Assembly (NCBI GenBank): GCA_902529935.1
Contig: CABZYK010000003.1
Location: 64,787 to 128,786, forward strand
Direction: 5' to 3'
Length of the DNA stretch: 64,000 nt
DNA from: an uncultured SAR86 cluster bacterium
GTDB lineage: Bacteria; Pseudomonadota; Gammaproteobacteria; Magnimaribacterales; AG-339-G14
A program made the translations under genes and the position numbers. Below the pieces are notes generated by a model, which was not told the origin of the DNA, ran no database searches, and worked only from the letters and a program-made list of their open reading frames with translations. Positions 1 through 9,836 of this stretch are shown here, piece after piece. Position 1 is the stretch's first letter. Each line of letters begins with the position of its first letter.

Positions 1-1
1 A

Positions 2-736
2 GGAGCAGAAACCATTGCTGCGATGATCGCCGAGCCGCTTATGGGCGCAGGCGGAGTCATTCTACCGCCAGAAGGGTATTTCCCAAGAATTCAAGCCGTA
101 TTAAATGAATACGATATACCTCTAATTGCTGATGAGGTTATAACTGGTTTTGGGAGGACAGGGAATGCTTTTGGTTCTGAAACCTATGACATTAACCCAA
201 CTTCAATGACCTTAGCGAAAGCTCTGTCTTCTGGATACATTCCCATAAGCGCCGTTATCGTGAACGATGATCTATTTGAGCCTATTAAAGAGGCTAGTAA
301 CGATATCGGTGTTTTTGGTCATGGGTATACCTATACCGGTCATCCGGTTTCTTGTGCAGTAGCTCTTAAAACATTAGAAATTTATGAGCGAGATAAAGTT
401 TTTCAACATGCTAAAAAAGTAGGCGAATACTTTCAAAATTCTATAAAAAAAATCCTCAAGGAAGACTACGTTGGTGAAGTGAGAGGAATTGGTTTGATTG
501 CTGGTATTGAATTGTATAAAGATCCTTTAAACAAGATTGCTTTTGAAGAAGCAGGCAAAGCCGGAAAAATTTTAAGCGACACCTGTCAAAAGAATGGTCT
601 TATAGTGAGACCAATACTGGATACCGTTGCTCTCTGTCCACCCTTGATTATTTCTGAAAAGGAAGTTGATGAGCTTACAGATAAACTAAAAAAATCTTTG
701 CAAGAAGCAAAAGATGAGATAATAAAAGTTCATTAA
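2..736 (+). CDS. Class III (omega-type) PLP-dependent aminotransferase, C-terminal ~245 aa; 5' end lies outside the window
   Basis: The frame is open to the window edge (codons 2-22 read GAETIAA before the listed Met). IAEPLMGAGGVILPP and FGHGYTYTGHP are conserved core segments of class III aminotransferases. Confidence 0.8.
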   Translation, partial: GAETIAAMIAEPLMGAGGVILPPEGYFPRIQAVLNEYDIPLIADEVITGFGRTGNAFGSETYDINPTSMTLAKALSSGYIPISAVIVNDDLFEPIKEASNDIGVFGHGYTYTGHPVSCAVALKTLEIYERDKVFQHAKKVGEYFQNSIKKILKEDYVGEVRGIGLIAGIELYKDPLNKIAFEEAGKAGKILSDTCQKNGLIVRPILDTVALCPPLIISEKEVDELTDKLKKSLQEAKDEIIKVH

Positions 737-961
737 TATGATGGTAGGAGTCATAAATGGATTGTGGATGCGGAAGAAGTCCAACCGGTAAATGTATAGG
801 TTGGCATAAGCTATCTGAAGAAGAATATTTAGAAGCAAAAAAAAATTATCAAGAAAAAGAAAAAGCTGAAGACTAGTTAATTAGAAAACCAGTGGCGTCT
901 TTGTTCCTTACGATAGGAGGATATTTCCAGATGACTGAAAGTCTTTACTACTCTTTCGAAC

Positions 962-995
962 TTGAGCCGAGTAAAGGCATAGTTACTCGGCTCAA
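962..995. other. Perfect 13-bp inverted repeat TTGAGCCGAGTAA-N8-TTACTCGGCTCAA (stem-loop) in the intergenic region
   Basis: Read directly from the sequence. No T-run follows on either strand, so it is not a canonical intrinsic terminator. Function is open. Confidence 0.6.
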
Positions 996-1082
996 CTATT
1001 AACTTCAAATATTGCGCAAGTTTGTAAAAACTTGAAAAAAAATATTAAAGTAAAGCTACGTTTGAAAATATTCAGGAGAGAT

Positions 1083-2024
1083 ATGAAAAAATTCTTAATT
1101 CTAATTTCTATGTTATCAATTTCCTTTTTTAACTTTGGAAATGAATGTGTAACTTCTAAATGGGGACCTAACGATCAGATTGGATCGGCAAACCTAATAT
1201 CGAATCAAAATACTTTAGAGGCATTAAAACTCGTCAAACAAGGAAAATCTCACGGACTTGGAGTGGTTATTGAGCCTGGCATGCCGGCTTTTCCTCCAAG
1301 ATACACTCAGCTACAAGTTGTTCAACCTGACCAGCATTTTGGTCGAGTCGCAATTGGGGATTACGGATGGGATATGTCGGCAAATGACGATGTACTGCAG
1401 ATGTGGTTAGGTACTGGTTCACAAATTGATAGTTTGGGACACCTTGGGGAAAGCCAGGAATTTTATAATTGTACTCCCGGTAAGGAATTTGCATTCATTA
1501 ATGGCATGACAAAATTTGGTATTGAAAAAATCCCCCCTTTAGTTGGGAGAGGGGTACTTTTAGATATGACTTCTTTAAAAAATGTGAAATTTATGAAAGG
1601 CGGAGAACCAATAACAGTCGACGACATTAAAAGGGCCGCAAAAAAACAAAATATTAAGTTTAAAGATGGCGACATTATAATTTTCCATACTGGATGGACA
1701 GACGCAAAGCTTAAACAAAATCCTCAAGAATGGGTCTCTACTGAGCCAGGCATAACTAATGACGCAGCCAGATATCTTGCATCCTTAAATCCTATGGCAG
1801 TTGGCTCTGATACTTGGGGCGTAGGAGCTGTTCCACCTATTGAGGGCGATAAAGTTTTTTATGATCACGTAACTCTTATCAAAGAAAATGGGATTTATAT
1901 TCTTGAGACTATGAACACAGGAAGATTGGCAAGCGAAGGCGTTAGTGAATTTTTATTTGTCTTAGGCCAGGCAAAATTAAAAGGAGCAGTTCAAATGATT
2001 ATTAATCCTGTAGCTCTTTGGTGA
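1083..2024 (+). CDS. Secreted cyclase-family protein (arylformamidase / isatin-hydrolase-like fold)
   Basis: The ORF-track start at 1032 is TTG. The ATG at 1083 has AGGAGA 4 nt upstream and opens a signal peptide (MKKFLILISMLSISFF). WGPNDQIGSANLI, GTGSQIDSLGH and IIIFHTGW resemble the conserved blocks of the putative-cyclase family. Confidence 0.6.
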   Translation: MKKFLILISMLSISFFNFGNECVTSKWGPNDQIGSANLISNQNTLEALKLVKQGKSHGLGVVIEPGMPAFPPRYTQLQVVQPDQHFGRVAIGDYGWDMSANDDVLQMWLGTGSQIDSLGHLGESQEFYNCTPGKEFAFINGMTKFGIEKIPPLVGRGVLLDMTSLKNVKFMKGGEPITVDDIKRAAKKQNIKFKDGDIIIFHTGWTDAKLKQNPQEWVSTEPGITNDAARYLASLNPMAVGSDTWGVGAVPPIEGDKVFYDHVTLIKENGIYILETMNTGRLASEGVSEFLFVLGQAKLKGAVQMIINPVALW

Positions 2025-3048
2025 TTGTTTTTATAAAGTCAATTTCACTTTGATTATAAGGAGAGCCATTAATCCTAAAAATATCGTGAAACCAAATATC
2101 TGGTTCTGGAAGAGGTTCTCCCTCTTTAACAAAATCTCCTTTATCTTTTAGTTCTTTGATTTTTAAGATGGTTTCCCAGCCAAAATGCGTCTGACTTTTG
2201 CCTGCAACAAGACCCCAGTTATAGGCTCCAATGTTGTGCTCTTTAAAGATGGGTAAGGTAAATTCAAATGTCGTACCAAATTCCCTTGCCATGTATTCAG
2301 TGCACACAAGAGGCCTACCAATTTCTTTTAGTTCTTCAATGATAGGAATTACCTTTTGGTGTTCATAGACATGGAAACTAATCACATCTGATCTTTCTTT
2401 ATTGGTTTGAATATTTTTATCGCCAATCGTGCCATTTAGGCAGGCTGTTAGCGGCTGGGATGGACGAACGTCAAAGGCCCAATCCCACACTTTGGCTAAA
2501 AGAGCGTTAGATTCGTCACCAATACCAAATTGACCCGGTTCGTTGTAGAGATCCCACATTAAGATTCTTTCATCGTCTCGAAAATCATCGAGAATTTCCT
2601 GAGTAAATAATCTAAGTCTAGCTTCTTCTTCCTTATTACCCTTTGCAATTTCTCTGACAATTTCGTGTCCGGGGCTTTGTTTCCAACCCGAATTATGAAC
2701 ACCTCTGACCGGCAAAGGTTGTTTTCCAAGCTTAGGAAAAGGTCTGTGACAATCATCAAACAGGACCAAAATGGGTTTTATATTCAAATCTATGCATATG
2801 GCTAGAATTTCATTAAGTCGTTTTTTAAAATTTTCTTTATCCTGCCAAAGCAAATCATGAAGATAAATTCGTAAACTGTTGAAGCCAATGTCACTTGCCC
2901 AACTGATTTCTCTTTTATTTGTTTCTAAATCAAAGCTTTCGTTTTGAAACATCTCCAACTGATTGATAGCTGAACTTGGTAAATAGTTACAACCTACCAA
3001 CCACTCATGTATTGAGTACCATTCGTTAATGTCTTTTTTATTCCACAC
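2002..3048 (-). CDS. Glycoside hydrolase, GH5-like (cellulase-family)
   Basis: LMWDLYNEPG (acid/base NEP motif) and VCTEYMAREFG (candidate nucleophile Glu) are spaced as in clan GH-A / GH5 enzymes. No signal peptide. Confidence 0.55.
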   Translation of the reverse strand: MWNKKDINEWYSIHEWLVGCNYLPSSAINQLEMFQNESFDLETNKREISWASDIGFNSLRIYLHDLLWQDKENFKKRLNEILAICIDLNIKPILVLFDDCHRPFPKLGKQPLPVRGVHNSGWKQSPGHEIVREIAKGNKEEEARLRLFTQEILDDFRDDERILMWDLYNEPGQFGIGDESNALLAKVWDWAFDVRPSQPLTACLNGTIGDKNIQTNKERSDVISFHVYEHQKVIPIIEELKEIGRPLVCTEYMAREFGTTFEFTLPIFKEHNIGAYNWGLVAGKSQTHFGWETILKIKELKDKGDFVKEGEPLPEPDIWFHDIFRINGSPYNQSEIDFIKTITKELQD

Positions 3049-3704
3049 TATGAATTATTTAAAAATATTTTCTGTATATTTGAGGAATGTTTCTTATAGT
3101 CTGAAACGATAGAAGAGAGAAATTCATGTTTTTTCTCATACGACATGGAAAAGATGTCGACACCTTCAGTGCTTTCTACAAAAGCTTTGTTTGGATCTTT
3201 CCCAGCAAGCAATGAGTGTAGGGAACCGAGAAAGTTCCATCGATAAGTTTCTCTAATATTCTCAAATCGATCTAAAAGTTCTAAAGGGTCTCCCTCTAGC
3301 TCTCTTTCCTTGATGGCTTGTTTGATCATGTTATCGGTAACACCTTTTGTGTTTTCATTCCAAAGCTTCATTAAAAACGTAGGATTTTCCGCGACCCATT
3401 CAAGGATAGGAGACCCGTAAAAAGCATGAAATTGAAAGTAATTCCTTATAAAAATCTGTTTTAGAGGACTAGTTTCATGACCTGTTAAATCGATTACAAA
3501 ATCTTGAATGCTGATGATCACTTCCTTTGTTATTTCTTCAAAAAGATCTGTGATGTCTGAAAAATGATTATAAAAAGTACCGTAGCCTAACTCGGCTTCT
3601 TTGGTGACTTTAGTTACGTCTATGTTTTTATAACCATCCCTTTCAATGAGGCTTGCTGCAGCTTTAATTAACTTATTTCGGTTGGTTGCCTTTCTAGTTT
3701 GCAT
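3048..3704 (-). CDS. TetR-family transcriptional regulator
   Basis: N-terminal HTH segment VTKVTKEAELGYGTFYNHFSD is typical of TetR_N. Its start lies downstream of the hydrolase gene on the same strand, and the ends share 1 nt. Confidence 0.75.
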   Translation of the reverse strand: MQTRKATNRNKLIKAAASLIERDGYKNIDVTKVTKEAELGYGTFYNHFSDITDLFEEITKEVIISIQDFVIDLTGHETSPLKQIFIRNYFQFHAFYGSPILEWVAENPTFLMKLWNENTKGVTDNMIKQAIKERELEGDPLELLDRFENIRETYRWNFLGSLHSLLAGKDPNKAFVESTEGVDIFSMSYEKKHEFLSSIVSDYKKHSSNIQKIFLNNS

Positions 3705-3740
3705 GTTGCCATCTTACATAAAAATGATAAAAAAATGACT

Positions 3741-4613
3741 TTATGTCGATTTATTTTTTTCTGCTACAGCCTTGATGAATTTAGGACCGATTCCACAACA
3801 GCCACCAATTATGGATGCCCCAAGATTTCGCCATTCCTCTGCAAATTCTAAAAATTTTTCAACTGACAAATCTCTTACTGATACTTGAACATTGTTATCA
3901 AGGGTCCAACCATCAGGAACATTAAAAACATTTGGATAGCCGCCAATTGGTTTTTGAGTTAATTCTTTCAATTCTTTAAGCCCCTCAGTAATCGCATAGG
4001 GATCTGTACAGTTAAACAAATATGCCTCAGGCTTTATAGAAGCAGAAGCTTTGAAAGCTTCCTTGATGGACTCTCCGCTCCGCAGTTTATTTTTTTGATC
4101 TTCTTTAAGAGACCATGCGATCCAGACAGGCTTTTCGTTATCAAGATTCTGTAAAGCTTGCATGACATGTTGCATCTCTTTGATCGATGACATAGTTTCG
4201 CAAATAAAAATATCAACATACGGAGTAAGCTCTTTTATAAGAGTTTCATAAATTGGAACAGCATCTTCTTTATCTATGACAAGATCCGGTCGGTAGCTTT
4301 CTTCCAATGGAGGCAAGGAACCAGCAACGATAACTTCTTTTTTGGAATCTTGAACAGCTTCCCTTGCAAGTTCACCGGCAAGACGAATAAGAGCAGGCAT
4401 TTTATCTACAGCATTTTTTTTAGTCAGATAACTTGGAATGGTTGAGTAGGTATTGGTGATTATTAGGTCAGCACCTGAATTGATGTATTCCAAATGAATT
4501 TCTTTAACCAGCTCTGGCGCATCGATAAGGTACTGAGCAGACCAAAGGCCTGAAATCAGATCGGATCTTCTGACCAGAAGTTCATTTCCCATACTTCCGT
4601 CCATTAAAATCAT
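3741..4613 (-). CDS. mmuM: Homocysteine S-methyltransferase
   Basis: N-terminal MILMDGSMGNEL, ITNTYS and the C-terminal zinc-ligand motif IIGGCCGIGP match the Hcy S-methyltransferase (MmuM/BHMT) domain. Confidence 0.75.
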   Translation of the reverse strand: MILMDGSMGNELLVRRSDLISGLWSAQYLIDAPELVKEIHLEYINSGADLIITNTYSTIPSYLTKKNAVDKMPALIRLAGELAREAVQDSKKEVIVAGSLPPLEESYRPDLVIDKEDAVPIYETLIKELTPYVDIFICETMSSIKEMQHVMQALQNLDNEKPVWIAWSLKEDQKNKLRSGESIKEAFKASASIKPEAYLFNCTDPYAITEGLKELKELTQKPIGGYPNVFNVPDGWTLDNNVQVSVRDLSVEKFLEFAEEWRNLGASIIGGCCGIGPKFIKAVAEKNKST

Positions 4614-4625
4614 AATTCTTTAACC

Positions 4626-6683
4626 TTAATTGTTATCTAAAGCGGTATCGTCCGTAGAGAATAAAGCAGCTTGTTCAGGCCTAATCGAACTTATCCAGAT
4701 GGGTGTGGACCAAGCACGTTCTTGAATGAACATAGGTAAATCTTTTCTGATTGTTGAGCCTGTTTTTATGGCATCCCAGGTTGACCATCGACAGGTAGGA
4801 TTCTCCAATACTCTGACGTAATAAAAGTTTTTTTGAGTCGGATCGTAATTCTCATCGGTCCAAATTGTTTTTAGTTCAGCGGCACCTTTATCCATAGAGA
4901 AGGCACAAGTTTCTATATCAACTTTAGCTCCATTATCGGGGCAACGATTAGTCTTGGGATCAACTTTCAGGTCATTTGAGCAAACCACATCGATGACTTC
5001 TTCGTTTGGCATAGCATCGAACTCATCTATGGTTCCTTTGATGATTTGAATTCTTTGAAGTGGAGCACCATTTTTATCCCTCTGCGCCCAAACAATGAAA
5101 GAAGGCTTTTCAACTGAACTATAAGCAAGATCACCACCCATGCTTACGCCTTTTTCATACGCCATAGAAATGATTTCTTCATCACTTAGATCCAGATCAT
5201 CTAGGCCGAAGCCTCCAAAGAATCTTAATTTAATTCTTGTACCTGAAGTTGCGTAAGTTTCCTTTCTTCTAAAGCCAGCAAAAATAGACTCTCTGGTATT
5301 TTCTTCAGCCCAAACTGCTGCAATCCCAGACGCACCCCAGCGGGAGTAGAAAGTATCCAAGAAATATTCTTCATCTTGTTCAACGAATCGATAGAGACCT
5401 TGGGTGTTAACCGATGAAGTAATCTGATCAATGTCTTCCTTAGCAAGGGTGGTTGATCCTCTGAGGAAAGTTTCACCGTCAAGCAGACCCACTTTGGACC
5501 AATAGTTTGATTCATCGTATGAGGAAGCAGCTGTGTGCGTATCGCTAGCTCCAACCAAACCAAATTTGTACGGATTACCTTTTCCTTCCCATTCTGCAAG
5601 CATTCCGCGGAGATAAGCATCTCTGACGTAACCCCCGTATGGAATTGAATAAATATTTTGTCCAATTCTAGAAGGAAAGATTTCAAAATTAGCCCACTCG
5701 TCATTAGGCGATAGAAGAGGATGAGTTTCTGAAGTTCCTTTAACCTGAGTCACCTCTACAAGAGGTTCATTCCGCATTCTAAATTCTGCGTACTCTTTAT
5801 CAACAACATCTCCGTTCCATTTTTCATCTTCAAACATCTGACCATTAGAGCCGTTACTGTTATGTGGTATTGCTATGCTATCGATGCCTTTTTCATCTCT
5901 CAGCATATCCATCCAAGTCCATAAATCTTCAGGATTTATTGAATCAATTCGAGAAAATGGCCTGGTCGGCACTTTCGAACCTTCAAAAATTACGTTTCTG
6001 TGAAGATTTTCTGAATTCGCCATTGAAGAAGTGAATTCATAAGCAATAAAAGTTGTTAATTTTCCTGGTTCATAATTTTCTTCAGCTGAGCGAGCCACAT
6101 CCGCCCATGCTGCTAAATGCGTCCCATGATCGTACATATCGCTTGCTAGTGACAAATTATTCGTTCGCCAAGCGTTGAAAGCACCAATTAGATCGTAATT
6201 TGTGAGAGTTCTGACCATATTTCTAAAAGCACCAACCCTTTGCGGAATTGAGTCTAGATTCACATTTTCAATAGCATTAAGATCATGAAAGTGATCCGCA
6301 CCGGGAAGCCTAGAAGCTTTGGATCCAACTTCAGCCCAACCTGGGACCATGCCCATGAAAAAACCATGATCGGTAACAGCAAAGAAATCTAAGGGTTCTT
6401 GTAATTGTTGGTCAAACCCTAATGGATGCTTAATGGACTCCCCGCGAGCAAATCGATAAGCATCATCCGGGGTAGCGGTTGTACCAAAAATATAGGCATC
6501 AAAAGAATGCTTGGTGTGAACGTGAAGATCACCAAAAAAAACGTCCCTATCTTCATTGTAAGCAGGCCTGGCATTCTCTCTTTTGCTTGTGTCTGCCTCT
6601 TCTGAAAAGTCTTTTGTCTGTTTGAGTGAGTCTGAACAACCAATGAAAATTATTGTCAGCGATATCAGTAAAATTTTAAACAT
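4626..6683 (-). CDS. DUF3604-like lipoprotein (PHP-like metal-dependent hydrolase fold)
   Basis: The ATG at 6683 gives the lipoprotein signal MFKILLISLTIIFIGC. FFGDLHVHTKHSFDAY is the hallmark N-terminal motif of DUF3604 proteins, from memory. Confidence 0.6.
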   Translation of the reverse strand: MFKILLISLTIIFIGCSDSLKQTKDFSEEADTSKRENARPAYNEDRDVFFGDLHVHTKHSFDAYIFGTTATPDDAYRFARGESIKHPLGFDQQLQEPLDFFAVTDHGFFMGMVPGWAEVGSKASRLPGADHFHDLNAIENVNLDSIPQRVGAFRNMVRTLTNYDLIGAFNAWRTNNLSLASDMYDHGTHLAAWADVARSAEENYEPGKLTTFIAYEFTSSMANSENLHRNVIFEGSKVPTRPFSRIDSINPEDLWTWMDMLRDEKGIDSIAIPHNSNGSNGQMFEDEKWNGDVVDKEYAEFRMRNEPLVEVTQVKGTSETHPLLSPNDEWANFEIFPSRIGQNIYSIPYGGYVRDAYLRGMLAEWEGKGNPYKFGLVGASDTHTAASSYDESNYWSKVGLLDGETFLRGSTTLAKEDIDQITSSVNTQGLYRFVEQDEEYFLDTFYSRWGASGIAAVWAEENTRESIFAGFRRKETYATSGTRIKLRFFGGFGLDDLDLSDEEIISMAYEKGVSMGGDLAYSSVEKPSFIVWAQRDKNGAPLQRIQIIKGTIDEFDAMPNEEVIDVVCSNDLKVDPKTNRCPDNGAKVDIETCAFSMDKGAAELKTIWTDENYDPTQKNFYYVRVLENPTCRWSTWDAIKTGSTIRKDLPMFIQERAWSTPIWISSIRPEQAALFSTDDTALDNN

Positions 6684-6805
6684 TTTTTCCCCATAAAAAA
6701 CTTGCAGATAGCCTCTAATTCTTAAATAAATTATCACAAGAATAAGAGAGAAAATATGACATATTTAATGTCAAAAGTGAACAAGTTATTAGCCTTCGAA
6801 ATATT

Positions 6806-7807
6806 TCAAATCTCTATTGAGATTTTTCCAAAATGTTTATTATCCATTTGAAATTGAAACGCTTCTCCTAACCTCTCCAATTTAAAAGTATCGCTAATTA
6901 TTGGTCTGATATCGGTCTCATTAAGGAAGTCAACCATGTCTCTTTGAGATTTTTGGCTACCCATGGATATTCCTGAAGTACGAAGTTGTTTAGCGAAAAG
7001 TCTTGGCAATAAGATTTCACTAGTGTTGCCGTCTAAGATTCCAATAATGGAAATATGACCGCCTAACTTGGCACATCGGATTGATTCATTGAAAGATTCT
7101 CCTCCTGCAACTTCAACAACATGATCTACTCCTTCATTCGCCGTCAACTTCAAGACTTCTTTTCCCCACTGAGGATGTTCTTTGTAATTAACCACTTCAT
7201 CAGCACCTAAGGATTTTAATTTTTCAGCTTTTTCATCAGAAGAGGTCGTAGCAATCACATTTGCTCCATGAGCCTTAGCTAATTGAAGAGCAAAAATGGA
7301 AACACCTCCGGATCCTTGTACTAAAATTGTTTCATTTGGTTGAAGGTTTCCTTCCTCCATTATTGCTCGCCAAGCAGTGAGTCCTGCGCAAGGTAATGTA
7401 GCTGCTTCTTGCAAAGACCAATCATTTGGAATCGGAGTCAATGCATTAGCTTTAATGGTCATATACTCACTTGCATAACCGTCTTCATTATCTCCAATGA
7501 AGCTAAAGTATTCATATTTTGGTGGACCATCTATCCATCTCGGGAAGCTCACGCTCATCACTTGATCTCCGGTTTTCCATTCATTGACCGACTCTCCAAT
7601 TGCTTCGACGGTACAGCCAGCATCACCAAGTGGTACTCTCTTATCTTCAGTAGGAATAAAACCAATAGCGACAAGAAGGTCGTGATAATTCAGACTACTA
7701 TGCGAAACTTTCAAAAGAACCTCGTCGCTCAGAGGCTCTGGTTTTTCTGTATCTACAAATTTAAGGTTATCTAGCCCGCCAGGTTTTTCTATTTCTATTC
7801 TTTTCAT
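6806..7807 (-). CDS. Zinc-type alcohol dehydrogenase / quinone oxidoreductase (MDR superfamily)
   Basis: Rossmann motif VQGSGGVSIFALQLAK and the overall MDR layout are present. The ATG at 7807 is preferred over the TTG at 7822. Confidence 0.75.
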   Translation of the reverse strand: MKRIEIEKPGGLDNLKFVDTEKPEPLSDEVLLKVSHSSLNYHDLLVAIGFIPTEDKRVPLGDAGCTVEAIGESVNEWKTGDQVMSVSFPRWIDGPPKYEYFSFIGDNEDGYASEYMTIKANALTPIPNDWSLQEAATLPCAGLTAWRAIMEEGNLQPNETILVQGSGGVSIFALQLAKAHGANVIATTSSDEKAEKLKSLGADEVVNYKEHPQWGKEVLKLTANEGVDHVVEVAGGESFNESIRCAKLGGHISIIGILDGNTSEILLPRLFAKQLRTSGISMGSQKSQRDMVDFLNETDIRPIISDTFKLERLGEAFQFQMDNKHFGKISIEI

Positions 7808-7994
7808 ATTTAATTTTCCCAAAAAAGCATAAAAAAAAGCTTTTTTAATAACTTTGAGTTACAACTATATAAATTCAATATTATTTTGCCTGCATTTCAC
7901 AAAAATGCACTCTTTTCGATCATTTTGAGATCATCCATTACATATAATGCATTTGTGTCAACAGACATGTTAACTAATAAAAGGAGTAAAAAAG

Positions 7995-8099
7995 ATGATT
8001 AATTTCCAAGTTTTCACCGGAAGCGTAGGATTAGCTTTCTGCTTGGGATTTTTGATTTATTTAGGCAGCCTAGGATTGGCAAGCTTTAGCCTAGTTTAA
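7995..8099 (+). CDS. Possible 34-aa hydrophobic small protein
   Basis: AAGGAG lies 8 nt upstream of the ATG. The translation MINFQVFTGSVGLAFCLGFLIYLGSLGLASFSLV is one predicted transmembrane (TM) helix. It is followed by an 11-bp inverted repeat (8129-8139 / 8156-8166). Confidence 0.35.
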   Translation: MINFQVFTGSVGLAFCLGFLIYLGSLGLASFSLV

Positions 8100-8405
8100 T
8101 CAACTTACTTAAAAGAACATTTCCCCCTAGACCCTTCAGTTCTCCCAATTTATACCTGAAGGGTCTAATCTAAAACAGTACTTTATGGATTACGAAACCT
8201 TTCAAAAACTCAGAAACCTTCTTATCATGTTATTTTTTACGACAGGTTTCTCTATCGGATACTTTATATCTCAAGTTATCATATAGCGTGACCAATCGCT
8301 GCGCTAACTGCAAAAAAAAACTTCCTTTACATTTTTTTGAAAAGGACCGTCACGGTCTAATGGGATTGAAAAATATTTGCAGGCCTTGTTTCTCTTCTCT
8401 ATCTG

Positions 8406-9833
8406 CTAAGACGAGCAACTAAGTTGCTGGTTTTGTTGTTCTTTCGGAGCAGGCTTACAATACTTTTCCATCGACTTGCCCAAATCATCGTAAGGGTTGC
8501 TTAAAACTTTAGCCAATTGATCTATCTTCTCTGATTTTCCTTCTTCTGCATCTTCAATAGCTGATTGTGCTAGATAGTTTCTGAGAACATATTTTGGATT
8601 ATTTTCATTCATCACTAATATTGATTGCTCAATGTTATTTTGATCTTTGTCTAATCTAGCTTTATAAGAAGTAAGCCAAGTGGAAAAGTTATCAGACAAT
8701 TTAAATTCGTCTGAAGAAGTGATGATCATAGATAGGTCTCTGAAGGTATTGGTATAGTCAAGTTTTTCTGTTTCCATTATCTCAAATAGCCCAAGAAGAA
8801 GATCATAGTCGCTATCCAGAGCGCTTTTAAAACCGAGTTTCTTACGATATTTTTCAATCAAGGAATCATAAAAATAATCATTGAATTTACTCAAAATATC
8901 TCTTAATTCCGATTCGCTGAAGAGGTCAATTAATGCCGAGGCAAGTGCATAGCAGTTCCATTCCGCAATGCTTGGCTGATTTGAAAAGCTATAGCGTCCT
9001 TGTGAATCGGTATGATTACAAATGTAGTTAGGGTTATAGGTTTCCATGAAAGCATACGGACCGTAATCAAAAGTCTCGCCGAGAATAGACATATTATCGG
9101 TATTCATAACTCCATGATTGAATCCAACACTTTGCCAAGCTGAAACCATGCAGGCTGTCTTTTTTATAGTTGCATCAAAGAATAATAAGTATTTATCAGA
9201 ATCTTGTTTTGTATCTGGGTAGTAGAAGTCAATTACATGATCAAGTAACGTTTTTACGCCATCTGCAATTTTATTGTGGTGGAAATATTCAAAGTGTCCA
9301 AATCTGATATGAGTTTTAGCAGTTCTAACAATCATTGCTCCACGTTCAGTTTCTTCACGCATCACCGGTTCGTTGCTGCCGAAAAGCATTAAAGATCTTG
9401 AGCTTGGAATGCCTAATCCAAACATAGCTTCGCCGCACAAATGCTCTCTCACAGATGAGCGGATAACAGCTCTGCCATCACCAAACCTCGAATAAGGAGT
9501 TTTTCCCGCACCCTTAATATGAAGATCAATAAGTCCTTCAGGCGAATCAATTTGGCCAAAGAGGATTCCTCGGCCGTCACCTAACTGGTTCACCCAATTA
9601 CCAAATTGATGACCTCCATAAACCATTGCTAAGGGAGAGGCTTTTTCAAAACTCTTGTTACCATTAAAAATTTGCATCAATTCTTCTGGATCGTCTTGAA
9701 TGCCTAAACTTTTTGCTAAGTCATGATTAAAGTGAAGCAAATAAGGTTGATCAAAAGAAGACCAACTTTGCTTAGTATAAAAATTACCAGGCAATTTGGA
9801 AAAAGGATTTGTAAATTTTATGTTTTCAAACAT
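8406..9833 (-). CDS. selO: Protein adenylyltransferase SelO (YdiU / UPF0061)
   Basis: YGGHQFGNWVNQLGDGRGILFGQ, HIKGAGKTPYSR, FGHFE and GVMNTDNMSILGETFDYGP are the conserved SelO pseudokinase blocks. Confidence 0.85.
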   Translation of the reverse strand: MFENIKFTNPFSKLPGNFYTKQSWSSFDQPYLLHFNHDLAKSLGIQDDPEELMQIFNGNKSFEKASPLAMVYGGHQFGNWVNQLGDGRGILFGQIDSPEGLIDLHIKGAGKTPYSRFGDGRAVIRSSVREHLCGEAMFGLGIPSSRSLMLFGSNEPVMREETERGAMIVRTAKTHIRFGHFEYFHHNKIADGVKTLLDHVIDFYYPDTKQDSDKYLLFFDATIKKTACMVSAWQSVGFNHGVMNTDNMSILGETFDYGPYAFMETYNPNYICNHTDSQGRYSFSNQPSIAEWNCYALASALIDLFSESELRDILSKFNDYFYDSLIEKYRKKLGFKSALDSDYDLLLGLFEIMETEKLDYTNTFRDLSMIITSSDEFKLSDNFSTWLTSYKARLDKDQNNIEQSILVMNENNPKYVLRNYLAQSAIEDAEEGKSEKIDQLAKVLSNPYDDLGKSMEKYCKPAPKEQQNQQLSCSS

Positions 9834-9836
9834 CTT

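Noticed and set aside
756-791. ATG preceded by a good SD (AGGAGT) just after the aminotransferase gene. It initially read like a Cys-rich small protein.
   Set aside because: Careful re-reading gives MDCGCGRSPNR followed by TAA, only 11 codons. That is too short to support as a gene.
5225-5704. A 159-aa ORF nested in another frame of the same (minus) strand within the DUF3604-like gene, and antisense or alternate-frame ORFs inside other genes: 1267-1494, 2559-2759, 7409-7774, 10454-10744, 14086-14430, 17455-17727, 20679-20979, 24213-24547, 31413-32021, 44441-44689, 46491-47223, 60085-61287.
   Set aside because: They lie entirely within longer ORFs that have clear family motifs or signal peptides. 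They show no SD or start context and have low-complexity translations.
8185-8286. A second 33-codon hydrophobic ORF (MDYETFQKLRNLLIMLFFTTGFSIGYFISQVII) in the 7.8-8.4 kb spacer.
   Set aside because: There is no Shine-Dalgarno sequence or other support. It is kept only as a remark within the related finding.
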